DNA of 63,854 nt, filler included, from Lenisia limosa (lineage: Eukaryota; Protista; Breviatea), in assembly GCA_001655205.1 (NCBI GenBank). It is 7 parts of 7 records of this genome, joined end to end, with 100 filler letters (N's around TTAATTAATTAA, not from the genome) between each part and the next. Parts side by side here need not be neighbours in the genome. Positions count along the whole stretch, not along the records: positions 6,439 to 21,140 come from LPNZ01006828.1; positions 21,241 to 37,169 come from LPNZ01010219.1; 5 more parts are not named here. One strand, written 5' to 3'. The notes beneath the pieces are model-generated. The model was given only the letters and a program-made list of their open reading frames with translations. It had not been told where the DNA came from and did no database searches. Positions 14,331-26,099 of the stretch are shown in pieces. Both the position numbers and the translations under genes were made by a program. The first letter of the stretch is position 1. The number at the start of each line of letters is the position of its first letter.

Positions 14331-15049
14331 CTCAACAAAGGGTTCACGCGGCTAAATAATCAGTGAGGTTTTCAAACATGACTAGGGTAATGTTCATTAT
14401 TACTCAATTAATCCACTTCACACTCTTCATCATGATTAAGGATATCGAAAAGAAGTGTGTTTGTCTCTTTCATTTATCGTTAACCCAAAGTCCCACGGTG
14501 TGACTGACAGAAGGCGCGTACGGCCGCGGGGAGGCCGTGGTCGCGGTGAATGTTGAGATGTCACTCATTGTGTCGGATTGTGTCAAACTACAGATAAGTC
14601 AGAACAATGGCTGGTTGTTATGNNNNNNNNNNNNNNNNNNNNNNNNNNNNNTATGATACTACAAGCTGGAGAATATGTTATAAGCGAGGGACAGAATAAA
14701 ACATATTACAGCCCACCTTGGTGTCGTCTCAAATAGTGTCGGAAGCTGGAGTCGAACCGCTTCCGACGTTCGGTGCGTATCCACCAAAGCTGGCGGCTCA
14801 TTGTCTGGCTCCTGTACGTTAGGTATATATATGATATGTATCATGGTCCAGGGTGCACCTATGCAAGTTATGTCCCAGGTTCATTTTGTCATTTCAGGAA
14901 ATGGACCGCAAAGGAATAGGTTATAGTCCTAGTAAATGTCCCGGATATAAAACAAAAACTTGCGATGATGTCATATTTTTACTACTTTTAGTAGCGTTGG
15001 ACAGTATGATAAATGTAAAAAATAATTACTTTTATAACACTAAATAAAA

Positions 15050-17470
15050 ATAATTCAGTCTTTGTCCATCGACCGAGCACTTAAAGACCCACCAATTCAG
15101 CCTTGGCATTGGCATTGGCAAGGCTGTCAGTTCCCACGCGGCCACTGTACACCCACAGAACGTCACTATCATCAACCTTTGCGATGAGTTTGCTAACATC
15201 TCAATGTGATATCCACACAATGGTGGGATCTTAAAAACAGCAAAACAAACAAAATAAAATGAATTGATATGAGAAGTGAGACACCCCCCCACGGGATTGG
15301 GAGTAGTCATTCGGCGACCGGAGCCATCTGGAGCATACGCCTAAAACGTGAGATTCTTGCAAATGGCTTAGAAGCACCCCCGGCAGCGCACCTTATGAGC
15401 AAGCAGGTTTGGCGGACAGGATGTTCTGCCTGGGGCGGACCGGACGAAGGTATGACGTGGCTGGACGGCTTGGAGGGCTGGGTTATTGAGAAGGTAGGGC
15501 GAGGTGTCCGAGGGCGCTGGGGGGGCATAGAAGGGGTTGAACTCCACTTCTTCTGCGTCACTTCCAAGGTGAGAGAAATGATCTGGGAACCAAGAGAAAT
15601 GCTATGCCTGTTGGAGTCCATACTCATTGGGCATTCGGCGAGCATGTGCTGGCTTCATGAAGTACGATAAGTCCTCAATAGCAAAGCGGTACATTGTCTT
15701 GTTCTGGGAGGGTGAAGGAAATGACTCTCAGAACAGCAAAACACCTAATGCAGCAAGGCATCTAATGCAGCAATGCATCTAATGCAGCAAGGCATCTAAT
15801 GCAGCAATGCATCTAATGCAGCAAGGTATCTAATGCAGCAAAGCATCTAATTAAGGCTTCCCTTCGGTTCCAAAAAAGACTGATATTCAAGATAAATCCT
15901 CAATAAACATCCATATTTTACCGATCTTTTTTGGGCCGTAGGGAAGCACTACATTTAATGCAATTGATAAACAAGAGGGCTGGCCGTGGTATAGGTATCA
16001 GCACAACCACACGCACAGAAAAGAAGAGCTGCTTGAGGGGACGACACTTCACCGAGGCCACTGCAATTTCCTCCACAAACGAGAGAGCCTCTTGGATGTC
16101 GTGCGAACTGCAGTGTAAGGCGCCGCAGAGCGAAAGTGTCAAGTCAGATACCCACTGAATAGCGTCATTGACAGCCTCATTGTAGAGTCCGCGGAACTGC
16201 TCGCTGGAAATTGCCGAACTGATTCTGGAGGGTGAGACTTAAGTGGACTCAAATACAGTAATCCCAAGCCTGAAGCCAACTTTTGAGCAGAGCCTCGCTT
16301 CTGGGAGCCTGCTTTCTGTGCCTTTGTAACATTGGACTAAAGGAATAAGATATGTCGAAACAAGTAACAAAAGGTGTCTCTCGTGAGCCATCCACACCAT
16401 AAAGTAGCAATGGGGCACTTTACCTTTTTAGCAGTTTGATCTTCCTGATACGACCGCCATGCTCGGGTTGCCTACAACGTTGGAAGGGCTCATAACATTG
16501 TCAAACGTTCACCTGACAGTTAGGGCTTCACTTCGGTTCAAAAAGCGCCTGATTTTATCGATAAATCGTCGAAACTATCGATATTGGACTAGTCTTTTGA
16601 ACCGAAGTGAAGCCCAAAGTACAGCGTACCTGGAAGAATACATGTGACCTTTCTTCAAAAGTGTACACCTCGAGAACACTGGGAACTACAAGGGTTATCC
16701 GTTACTCTCACGTTCACAAATGACAAGTGAATACTTGGCCAACACTTAGTGATTGGAGGCACGAGATCATCAATGTCTTTGGAGAGGAGGTCCATGGTGG
16801 TGATCGTCTGGGACTCTTCCAGCCCCAGGGTCTGAAGAGAGGCAATCGGTTCCGCTTGGGGCCTTGAGGGTCAGGGTGTGGCAAGTCATAAAGTCCAAGC
16901 TAGGTGAACGAAAACTGCATAAAAAAAGAGACAAGATTGAGCCCACAAGGCCGATTGCGATATCGCTTTCTGAAGAGTCTGCCCTCCATCAAGCTTGGCC
17001 TTGTTTGGAAACAGTTCTGACGGGCGTGGCTATGGTATATGAATACTGTTGATTTTCGACTTGAATACAGCTATCAAAGTAAGACAAGAGCTTACAAGTG
17101 CCCTAATCTTTGGATCTCGTTTTGCTGATCTGAATGTTGGAGACGAGCTTGTTGATGCAGATGGCAGAACTCGACGCCGAAGGGGAGGCGACTCTTCTAA
17201 ATCGTCAGAACCAGGGTTGACACTACTTTTCCACCATATTTCGCAAGGAGCTTACTTTTGGCACTGTCATCATCTCGCCTCTTCCGTCGAGACTTGACCT
17301 CCGAGCCAACCACATTGTCGGAAGATAATGCCGTAGAGTCTGGTGTGTCGGAAGACTCAGTCGGCTCGGGTGTGCTCGGCTTCCGACGGGTTCTGCGTGA
17401 CGTTCGTCTTTCAGGCCTCTGGTGGTTAATTTATGGATTCTCGACAACATTCAATAATATGTAAACAGTA
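15050..17470 (-). CDS. Multi-exon hypothetical protein with a basic, Ser-rich N-terminal region
   Basis: Exons RPERRTSRRTRRKPSTPEPTESS, LQTLGLEESQTITTMDLLSKDIDDL, PSVLEVYTFEERSHVFFQ, ISSEQFRGLYNEAVNDAIQW, MYRFAIEDLSYFMKP. No family recognised. Confidence 0.5.
15745..15850. repeat. Tandem repeat, 17 bp x 6 (ctaatgcagcaa[g/t]gcat), intronic, directly abutting MITE copy 2
   Basis: Six head-to-tail units with no spacers. Confidence 0.92.
15852..15951. mobile_element. MITE copy 2 (CCC/GGG TIR subfamily)
   Basis: taaggcttcccttcggttccaaaaaag...ttttttgggccgtagggaagcacta. Confidence 0.75.
16521..16616. mobile_element. MITE copy 3 (near-perfect 21 bp TIRs, intronic)
   Basis: gggcttcacttcggttcaaaa ... 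ttttgaaccgaagtgaagccc. Confidence 0.88.
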
Positions 17471-17629
17471 ACATAGTTTTAATTCATATTATACAGTTAT
17501 CTTGGAAATTCTTGACCGAATTTCCATGGGGATACCATACAGTTGGCCAAGACTACGGTAACTGTACGTGTACAAATATATCATATCGTATCATATGTAG
17601 GGAACAGTAAGAAGGTCAGGGGAAAGAGA

Positions 17630-18656
17630 TCTATACTTTGGTTGATCCTCTTACTTCGTCTTTGGCTTCTTCGTCCTCGTCCTTCTCCTTTGTATCTTCT
17701 TCCTCAAAAGGAGGCAATTCCTGAGACTCGTCCACTGCTGGTTGGACCTGTATATGAGCTTACAACAGAAAAGAGAGAATACAAACTTTGAAAAACTTCT
17801 GCTTCTTCTTGATTCTGTTTTGCTCATTTTTGACCGCATTTTTCTTAGCCTTTTCAAGATTTGCCCGGAACTCCGTCTCTATTAAGTCAACTCAACCGTA
17901 AACGGCGGGGAGTAAATCGCATTTTAAGCAAAGTGCAATTGAAAGAAGCCCACGTTTCTCAAGAGCTGCCTCCTTGTTGTAGTATTCAATTTCTATGTGA
18001 GCTGACCTTTTAGCAACATCAACTTCAAAAAACTGCAAAGGTTATAACAAATAACTGAATTGAGGAGTTTGTGTTTGCTTAAACACCGTTTATTGGTACA
18101 AACAATCCTCTGCGCTCTGAGAAGTTACCCCCAAACATCAGGGATAGTGTACTCCCTCTTGATGTCCCGGATAGTTTGAAAGTCCAACTTTGTTGACTAC
18201 AACATATCAGCAAATCAAATAGGTAGATATGAAAAATAAAAAAGCATCATGCTTCTCAGAAATATTGGAGAACAGTGTATCTCAATTCTGAAGGTCAGTT
18301 TTCTGTATTTCACCTCTTTAAATTATCACTCCCTCCCTCCCCCCCAACTTGCGAAATAGACTTGCATCCAAGAGGCAGGACAAGTAGGCATCTGTCTGTC
18401 ACAACGAAATGCTGAAACGCTGCAAAACGTCAAAGGCAACATTGCACCAAAAGCACTGTCACTTTGAGCAATAACCCGCACATACATTTAGCTCCGTCCT
18501 TGAGGACAACAATCTTCTCAGAGTAGCACACTTCACCTCCGGTTTTGCCAAAGAGCTGACCAACCAAGCGGGCGAGTTTCGGGTCCAAGGAAGAATCCTG
18601 AACATGTAAGCAAGAGGGAAACTGAAGAGGGCAAACGCGAATCAACAACATACCAT
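17630..18656 (-). CDS. Multi-exon hypothetical protein (~230 aa) with basic then acidic C-terminus
   Basis: ATG|intron|DSSLDPKLARLVGQLFGKTGG..., TEFRANLEKAKKNAVKNEQNRIKKKQKFFK, ...EEEDTKEKDEDEEAKDE. Confidence 0.6.
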
Positions 18657-19023
18657 TGCTTTCAGCTTAAAATAGAACCAAGAAGGGCGACGTAGTTTGC
18701 AGGAAGGTTGATACGTTTACATTTTTCTTCTTATTTTCCTTCTTCTAGGCTAAATAACTAAATCAAACACCAATAAAATTGCAGTACACTATTAAACACA
18801 TGATGAAACCAGCATTAAAAAGCATTAAAAAAAAAATCCAAATCTTCCCGTGGCCCGATAGGCAAAAAGTAACACGGGCCGGATTGACCCATTGCAGATG
18901 GAAAATTTTTTGCATGTAGTTGCCTTCTGAACCTGTAAACAAGCTATCAACGCGTAACCAAAACACAATATACAAAAATAAAACAATAAACTTGAAAGCA
19001 GCAGCAACGGAACCATCGTAACT

Positions 19024-21140
19024 ATGGCCGGCTATTGGGCTCTATTCTGGCTTCTGCTCCTCATCTGGTAGGATAACAAAATCAAGTAATATATTATTAA
19101 GCAGTGGTTAAGCTCAATGGTCAATGAAAAGGGGTGCAATTCTGCTCTAACTCACATCCTTGCAATGTACAACCATTCTCTATTCCAGCTATAAATCACC
19201 TTTTCCAGGAACATTTCTTCAGTAGAAGTTGGTATTGAAGGGCATTTGAAGTTCACAGTTGGCGTGGGAATGAGACCGGCGCTCCTGATACTCTCACTCA
19301 TGTTTTGCTCACCTTATAGGTTCCGTCGGCTTCGAGCGATGGAAGCCCTGTATCTGTGGTTCGTGGGACTAATGGCCGGTTAAGCAAACACAAAGAACTT
19401 GAGAGGCTTTATAGCAATTGTCATGAACGAACATGGATGGGTTGCCTTTGTGCCAAGTTGATTGTGATTACTTTCTAGGCTCAATATTACACAATGCTCC
19501 AAGAGGCCAACGTTTGCCTCACCCCCCCTTCCGTCCATTCTTTCAAGAAGGTAATAATGTTTAATCTTTTGTATATGGGTCAAGCGTTCTCTTGGTTGTT
19601 AAATATTTGATTTGGTTGTGGTTGGCTATTATTAACCCCCAGATTACAACAACAACCGCCGGAATTGAGCTCGGCACCCCCACCATCAAAACCACTGTTT
19701 GCTGGGGTTAGTTAAGATGGGCTACACTTTGGGGCAAGCCTCAATTGTGAAATTTAGATCATCTTTTTTGTACTAAGTGAAGCTTAAGGTGACCAATTTC
19801 ATTCTGTTCCATTGTCCGTTTCTATTTGTTAATCAAGAATTCAGGTTTTACTTTCAGCAATAAATGTTTTTATGTATTTACCGCCCAGTTTTCGTGTGAT
19901 GCCCGCGCCACTTCAATGGTTGAAGCCACGTGCGAGAACGGTGTTTGGACCGGGTTTACAAGATGCCAAAGAGGTATGATAGTGTCAAGCTTTTAATAAT
20001 CGGATGGCTCCTTTCTCAAACGAAATAACTCCTGTAGACGCTATATCCGGTTGTGGACTCGGAAATACACAGGCTTTGGGACACTTTAATTCTGATGAAT
20101 TTTTCAACAGAGAAACTCCAGCCCTGCACTTGGAGGACAACTTCCCTTTTGTAAGCATTGGGGTAAAAGGAAGAGGTTCAGTTGGCGATATTCTTTTGGT
20201 CTTTGCTGTTTGGATTGAGACTTATTTCATCAGGCGGTCAATGAAGTGATTAACCCTTGGGGTGCCATTTGTGCTGTTGACTACACACGTATGATGGGGT
20301 GTAGTGCAAGTTGAAATATCTGCAAAGAGTGTTATCCGGCTCGCTAGCTAGTCTTTTTTGAAGGCATTTTGTTTTGATGAGATTCTTATACTACAGGCAC
20401 AGACATGTACTGCCTTGGACGGAAATCTTAGTAAGTCATCAGTTAAAATAGCATGGCTTAATGAAACCTTTTTAGATATGGACGCGTATATATTTTTTAT
20501 AGTACAATATATCATGATATCAAATTTACCTTGATATGCACACCTTTAGGAAGACAATGGTCAGTCAGTCATACAACCTTTATTATTCCATATTGAATCA
20601 GAGCGAGTATTTACATTTCACCTGACCATATAGTACTGGAGGCACCACAACTGAGTCGTCTGCCTTCCCCATCCAGGTATGATCTAACAAAGTGGTATTT
20701 TGACCAGATTGATTTGGAATTGTTTTGACGGCTCAGGTACCTCTTGCGCTAAATTCAATGGAAACGATTGTTTCTGTCAAAACCGGATCCTCTAACATGG
20801 GCTTCATAACCTGTGAGCTGAAGTGTAAACAATGATGACGTCATGCTGCTGATCGTGTTCTTTCTAACTCTTTAGCCGAATCTCGGGTCTTCCTCTGGGG
20901 CTCTGCAGCGCAGTACACAATGCTGACTACCATTGACACTGACACATTCTCTGTCCCCACTCTGGTATGAAATCATTATCAGACAAGGAAGCCCGAATTA
21001 CATGTAACCATGCTTTATTTCATAGGTGGCGTTGCCAGATGGACGCACTCCCCTCGACCTTTTCGTTGGAAATGCTATGACTGTCGTTCTTCTTGGTGGG
21101 TATTGGACGGGAGAGAGGGGGAGGGTACTTTCTGGGGGTA
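19024..21140 (+). CDS. Secreted or surface protein with signal peptide, a Cys/Trp Sushi-like module and RCC1-like repeat fragments; 3' truncated
   Basis: MAGYWALFWLLLLI; FSCDARATSMVEATCENGVWTGFTRCQ; RVFLWGSAAQ; VALPDGRTPLDLFVGNAMTVVLL. Domain calls are by eye only. Confidence 0.55.
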
Positions 21141-21240
21141 NNNNNNNNNNNNNNNNNNNNNNNNNNNNNNNNNNNNNNNNNNNNTTAATTAATTAANNNN
21201 NNNNNNNNNNNNNNNNNNNNNNNNNNNNNNNNNNNNNNNN
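21141..21240. other. Artificial contig-joining spacer
   Basis: N44-TTAATTAATTAA-N44. Confidence 0.95.
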
Positions 21241-21298
21241 AAATAAAAAAAAGTGGACACGGTCATGTCCCTGGACACGGTCATGTCCCCCCACCTAT
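21241..21298 (+). repeat. Dispersed repeat (aaataaaaaaaagtggacacggtcatgtc...cccacctat) with an internal tandem duplication of ggacacggtcatgtccc
   Basis: Near-identical to 63719-63759. Confidence 0.75.
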
Positions 21299-22252
21299 TA
21301 GGTATTGATATATAGATTTTCAAAATTTTGAATTTTGCATAAGTAAGGATAATCTATTGCCCTTCATCAACACGATCACCATGCTCTCCAAGAAAGCCCC
21401 AATGTCAGTTTGTGTTCAGCTTGTTGAATAACCGGATTATTGAACTGTTTGTCCATCTTGGAATTTGTGTCCATCCGAACACTCTGAGACACTATGTCAA
21501 AGAGGACGGCCTCAATATGGTCAGAAGCTGTTTTCAAGGACACGCCCCATCTTGCGGTCCCATATGACAACCTTCAGATCTCCTCAGTTTTTTTATTTGA
21601 CTTATTCAGTATGACACTACTCTCTTGGTAGTATACGAAATTACAGGCGTGAACCTAACTCTGTCCACTGAACGGCCCATGTTTTAACTAACTACGGTGT
21701 TAAAGAGGTTTGTCTGATTTTTCATATTTCTTATATTGACTATTTTAGGTGTTTACGTTATCAAGCTCAGAGAATCACACTGTCCAGTCACTCATGTCGT
21801 CCGCTATCGGGCATTCAATGTCCAAGCTGAACCTTCCAGGGGCTGAAGACACAATCAATGAGTTTGGAGGGGTATTCTGACTTTGTCATCCCTGCGCTTG
21901 AGTATTGTTTTTTAAATAATCGCTGATATTCTAGAATCTGCATACCAACCAATCTCCAACTTATCCAAGTCCGCCACTGTCACTTGAGTGATGCCTCTCA
22001 TCATGGAGAATAAAGGAGCTCTCTCTCTGGTAAGATACATTATACCATATCATACCATATTATCATAGTATATATTATATCGATATTAGTAATAAAATGG
22101 AACAAGTGACGATGGAAATAAAATATGATATCGATAGGATACTACAATAAAATAAGACTTTTAAAATAGGAGGAAAAATACTACTTTGGGGTAGATTTTG
22201 GCATGTACATATTATCTGATACTAATATTCATATACTAGATGAGGATATGTA

Positions 22253-22304
22253 AAGCAATGAAAACAAAAATAACAAGGTTTTATCTGGCCGAAGCCGTCC
22301 ACAA
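22253..22304 (-). repeat. Dispersed 'TTGTGGACGGCTTCGGCCAGATA(C/A)AACCTT' repeat, copy C (most complete)
   Basis: ttgtggacggcttcggccagataaaaccttgttatttttgttttcattgct on the minus strand. Confidence 0.78.
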
Positions 22305-22329
22305 TTAATCATAACCGGCACAATTTATG

Positions 22330-22992
22330 GGCGGCAGCAATACTCATGGCATTCCCTGGAGATACTGCCGTATTTCAAATTGCAATGAAGTATTTTGTAC
22401 CTCTCTTTGCTGGGCTGAGAAAGTTGAATAGTATTTCTTTATTTAGCACGTCTACGTCAATCTCTGTCTGAGAACTTTGATCGGTTTGAAACGTTCTTTG
22501 CCAAAGGAGGTTGCATTGCTGTTGGCCTCAATGACCATTCAGCTGGAATCTGGTTTATTTGCTTCTTATTAACAAACAGGGATTCGCATTGCAACAGACC
22601 GCTTCGTGAAGTTAGTAATGATTTCACGAAGTCTCTTGCATCATCATCATTGTCTGGTGTGAGGGATAAGTTGGCCACACCTGTTGGAATATATTACTCC
22701 TGAATGGCAGACATTTGAGGTCTTGCGCAGGGACTTGCTTGCCATTGTGGCATTCTCAGTCTTCTTTTTTTTTAATACCAGAACACAAGAAGAAGAGAGC
22801 TCGTAAGCTTGTATCTTAGGCTAAGAAGAAGGTTGTATCTCTTCTTGTAGAGGAAGATGAAATGCTCCAGAACATGGAATCGGAAGGTAAACCCATGATG
22901 AACTACTCTTTGGCGCAGTCATACAAGGCAAGGTTCTTGATGGATTGCAAGGCGAATGGGTTGAAGGCTGACGATGTTTTTGTTGAGCTCAT
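22330..22992 (-). CDS. Small multi-exon hypothetical protein
   Basis: MSSTKTSSAFNPFALQSIKNLALYDCAK..., ANLSLTPDNDDDARDFVKSLLTSRSG. Confidence 0.4.
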
Positions 22993-23700
22993 TGAATAAA
23001 AGATGTTGGGTAGAGTCTTTCTTTGTTTTTTTTCCTGAAAAGGTTTCAATGAAAAGTTCTTTCCAGCCACCATTTGTCCAATTTCTGACTAACCATTATT
23101 GTATAATATGAATACTTAGAGCTATAATATAGTATGATATCATATATTGTATATACATATAGTATATATAATATAAATAATATATACTGTCATATATTAT
23201 GTATATACTATTTATAATGGTAGACAAAAATCATGTGTATGTCGCGGCGGTGTAACTGTAATGTAGCGTTGAAATACTATTCATTACGTTTACTATGTTG
23301 TAGGTAAATATTGCACTTACCAAACATTAAACCCCAGAATTTGTTATACAAAAACTAGAAATATTTGCAAGTACTTCAGGAGTCAATAATGTATATCAAA
23401 AAACATAATAAACAGAACATGAGACAGACAGACCTTTATCAAATAACAGCTACTGAAACAACCCGCAACACAACACGTAGGCTAGGAGTCAAGGCTCGAT
23501 TTGCTAGGAACATGAGGTTCGGACCAAAACAAAATGGGTTGAAAGAAACACAAAGTTCTTTAGATTTATGGCAATACGATTTCATTCTATCAAATCAAGA
23601 CTATTATTCTATGATATTTGAGACCTTTTAAGATACAAATGTCAATAATGGTAAAATTCAGCTCACAGCAGGCCTTTTGCGCTTCAGGGGTGGAGGAGTC

Positions 23701-24338
23701 TCAAGAGCAGAGGACGAGGTCTCCAAAAGGGAAGGATGAAATGGATGGCATCTTGGTCCAAACTGACGTGTACGGTGAATCTTCGGAGTCATCGGTGACC
23801 GGGAAGGCGGCAACGAAAAGCTCTTCGAGACGTTCAATAAGGTCCTCAGCGTCCTCATCACTGGAGCTGATCTCCTCGCTCACAGCAAAGCCGGGAGCAG
23901 CAGAGAGACCGTTGGCAAGCTCGGACCGTAGCATGAAGAAGCCATGCTCGAGAAGCTCCTCTTCACTCATTGGAGCGAAGGCAGCGATAGCATCAAGAAC
24001 CGAACTGGACACAACCTCCTCAACGTCCAGGAATTCCGTGTTCTTCTGGAAGAATCTGTGGCGAACGGCGTGGAGCTTGGACAGGACAGCCTTCTTGATG
24101 GGCTCAGGTTCAAAACTTTCCGGCCACAAGCGCTTCTCAAGGATGAGGATGTCCTTCTTGATGGCTAGGAAAGTGAAAATAATAGTGTAATGTTAGCAAA
24201 GCTTGGTTCATGCCTCACAGTTGCCAGGCCGACGGTCCCAATGATGATGCGTAGTTTATTGTTTGATTCAACCAGCCGAATCACATCCGCCTTCATTTCG
24301 GCGTCTGTGCCACCAGCAACAGTGATGAGTTGGAACAT
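23701..24338 (-). CDS. Two-exon hypothetical protein with a helicase-C-like snippet and an HRDC-like segment (possible RecQ-derived fragment)
   Basis: AEMKADVIRLVESNNKLRIIIGTVGLAT resembles the helicase-C 'RVLVAT' region. AVLSKLHAVRHRFF...VSSSVLDAIAAFAPMSEEELL resembles HRDC. Similarity is weak. Confidence 0.4.
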
Positions 24339-24801
24339 AGTCAAATGCCGATTAAAAAACATTTTTTGATCTAAGGTGTATGCAGGTAGTATATGGTACA
24401 ACAAAGAGTAGTAGTATAAAATATACAAATGTATTACTATTATTTTTATTACATCATATCATATGATATAATACTATATACTGACTATTACGTTTATTTT
24501 GAAATTCATTTTTTCAACATTTTTTAACATCTTGTGTCCCCATTGAGGGCGGCCATTTGCCGCAGGAAAAGCACATTGGCTAGGCTTTTTGCTGTCAGAA
24601 TGGAGACTAAAAATTATGAAAAATAAAAACTGATTTTTTTGGTCACATTTTGTCACATTTTAGTGACATTTATAAAACAATTGCATTTGGTGAAGATCCT
24701 TGCTAACTGTACTTTCAATTATTTTTGAATTATAAAAGAAATAACGGTATTTAAGTAGTGTTCCTAAATGCAACTGTTCTTTTACGAAGATATAAGCTAA
24801 T

Positions 24802-25920
24802 ATGGTTATTCATTTCCATCCCTCAGTGTCAGTTCACTCTGTAAATGACTCAAAACTTGAAACAGTTAAAATGGCGTCAGTTCTCTCTGCCCCAATCAGG
24901 TATTTATTAAGCGTCACATGAAATGATGTTGTTACGATAGTTCACACTCATATGTCTAAGAATAGAAGGCAGGCTTACGCTGTTTCTTCAAATGCTGGTA
25001 TGCAGCATTCCGCTGAATCATGGGGAACTGGAAGGGCCGTTGCTCGTATACCTCGAGTTTCTGGAGGTGGTACTCATCGTGCTGGCCAAGCTGCATTTGG
25101 TAATATGTGCCGTAAAGGCCGTATGTTTGCCCCCACAAAAACTTGGAGAAAATGGCACAGAAAAATCTCTGTCTCACAGAAAAGATTTGCATTATGTTCC
25201 GCTCTTGCTGCAACTGGAGTTCCTTCTTTAGTTATGGCTAGAGGACATGCTATTGACAGAGTTTCTGAAGTTCCTCTTGTTGTTTCTGACGCAGCAGAAA
25301 GTGTTGCCAAAACATCAGATGCCGTAAGTCTCTTAAAAAGTGTCAATGCGTTTGGTGATGTTGAAAAAGTGGTGTCATCTCGTCAAATTCGGGCTGGCAA
25401 AGGCAAACTTAGAAATAGGCGATTTGTTCAGCGTGTTGGACCTTTGGTTGTTTACAAGCATGATTCCGGTATTGTCAATGTTATTTTTTACATTTTGATT
25501 TAGTCAATGAGAAATATTCCTGGTGTTGAAACCTGCAATGTGAACCACTTGAATCTTCTTAGACTGGCTCCTGGTGGACATTTAGGTAGATTTGTGATTT
25601 GGACAAAATCTGCTTTTGAAACTTTGGATTCCCTTTATGGTAAAAGTGGTGCTCGTTGCAAAATTGCGCGTCCTTGTGTTACCAATTGTGATGCCAACCG
25701 AATTATCAACTCAGAAGTTGTACAGAGTGCTTGTCGTCCTGTTTCTGGTAATACCAACAAAAGATATCTGAAAAAGAACCCCCTTAAGAATATTGGAGTC
25801 TTGTTCCGTCTCAATCCTTTTGCTAAATCTCAAATCCGACGGGAGTTGGTTTCACAATCTATTAAGTCAAAGTCCTCTGTAAGGCAACCCCGTTCTTCTT
25901 CATCCTTTTTATTCTTTTAA
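24802..25920 (+). CDS. RPL4: 60S ribosomal protein L4 (uL4), divergent copy with 21 nt and 24 nt introns
   Basis: APIR|[115 protein letters not shown]...LNPFAK. Confidence 0.95.
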
Positions 25921-26099
25921 TTTTTTTTGAATGTATCTTTCAGTGGATACCACTAGAGCGTATTTTGTGAATATAGTTGGCTTGCAGCACGAGTTCCGGA
26001 TTTTCGTCTAACATATCTTTTAAATATATTTCAGAGATGTTGGACGAAAATCCGTAACTCTACCTTCGCAGAGATCTGGACCAAGCGGTGTACCAAATG

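Noticed and set aside
14737-14767. tRNA/SINE-like hairpin with a B-box (GGTTCGACTCC on the minus strand)
   Set aside because: No acceptor stem, D-arm or anticodon arm can be formed. It lies inside an AG/GT-bounded open segment that reads as an exon.
24530-24650. Possible snRNA (small hairpins plus an Sm-like ATTTTTTG)
   Set aside because: None of the U1, U2, U4, U5 or U6 signature sequences is present, and such T-runs are common in this genome.
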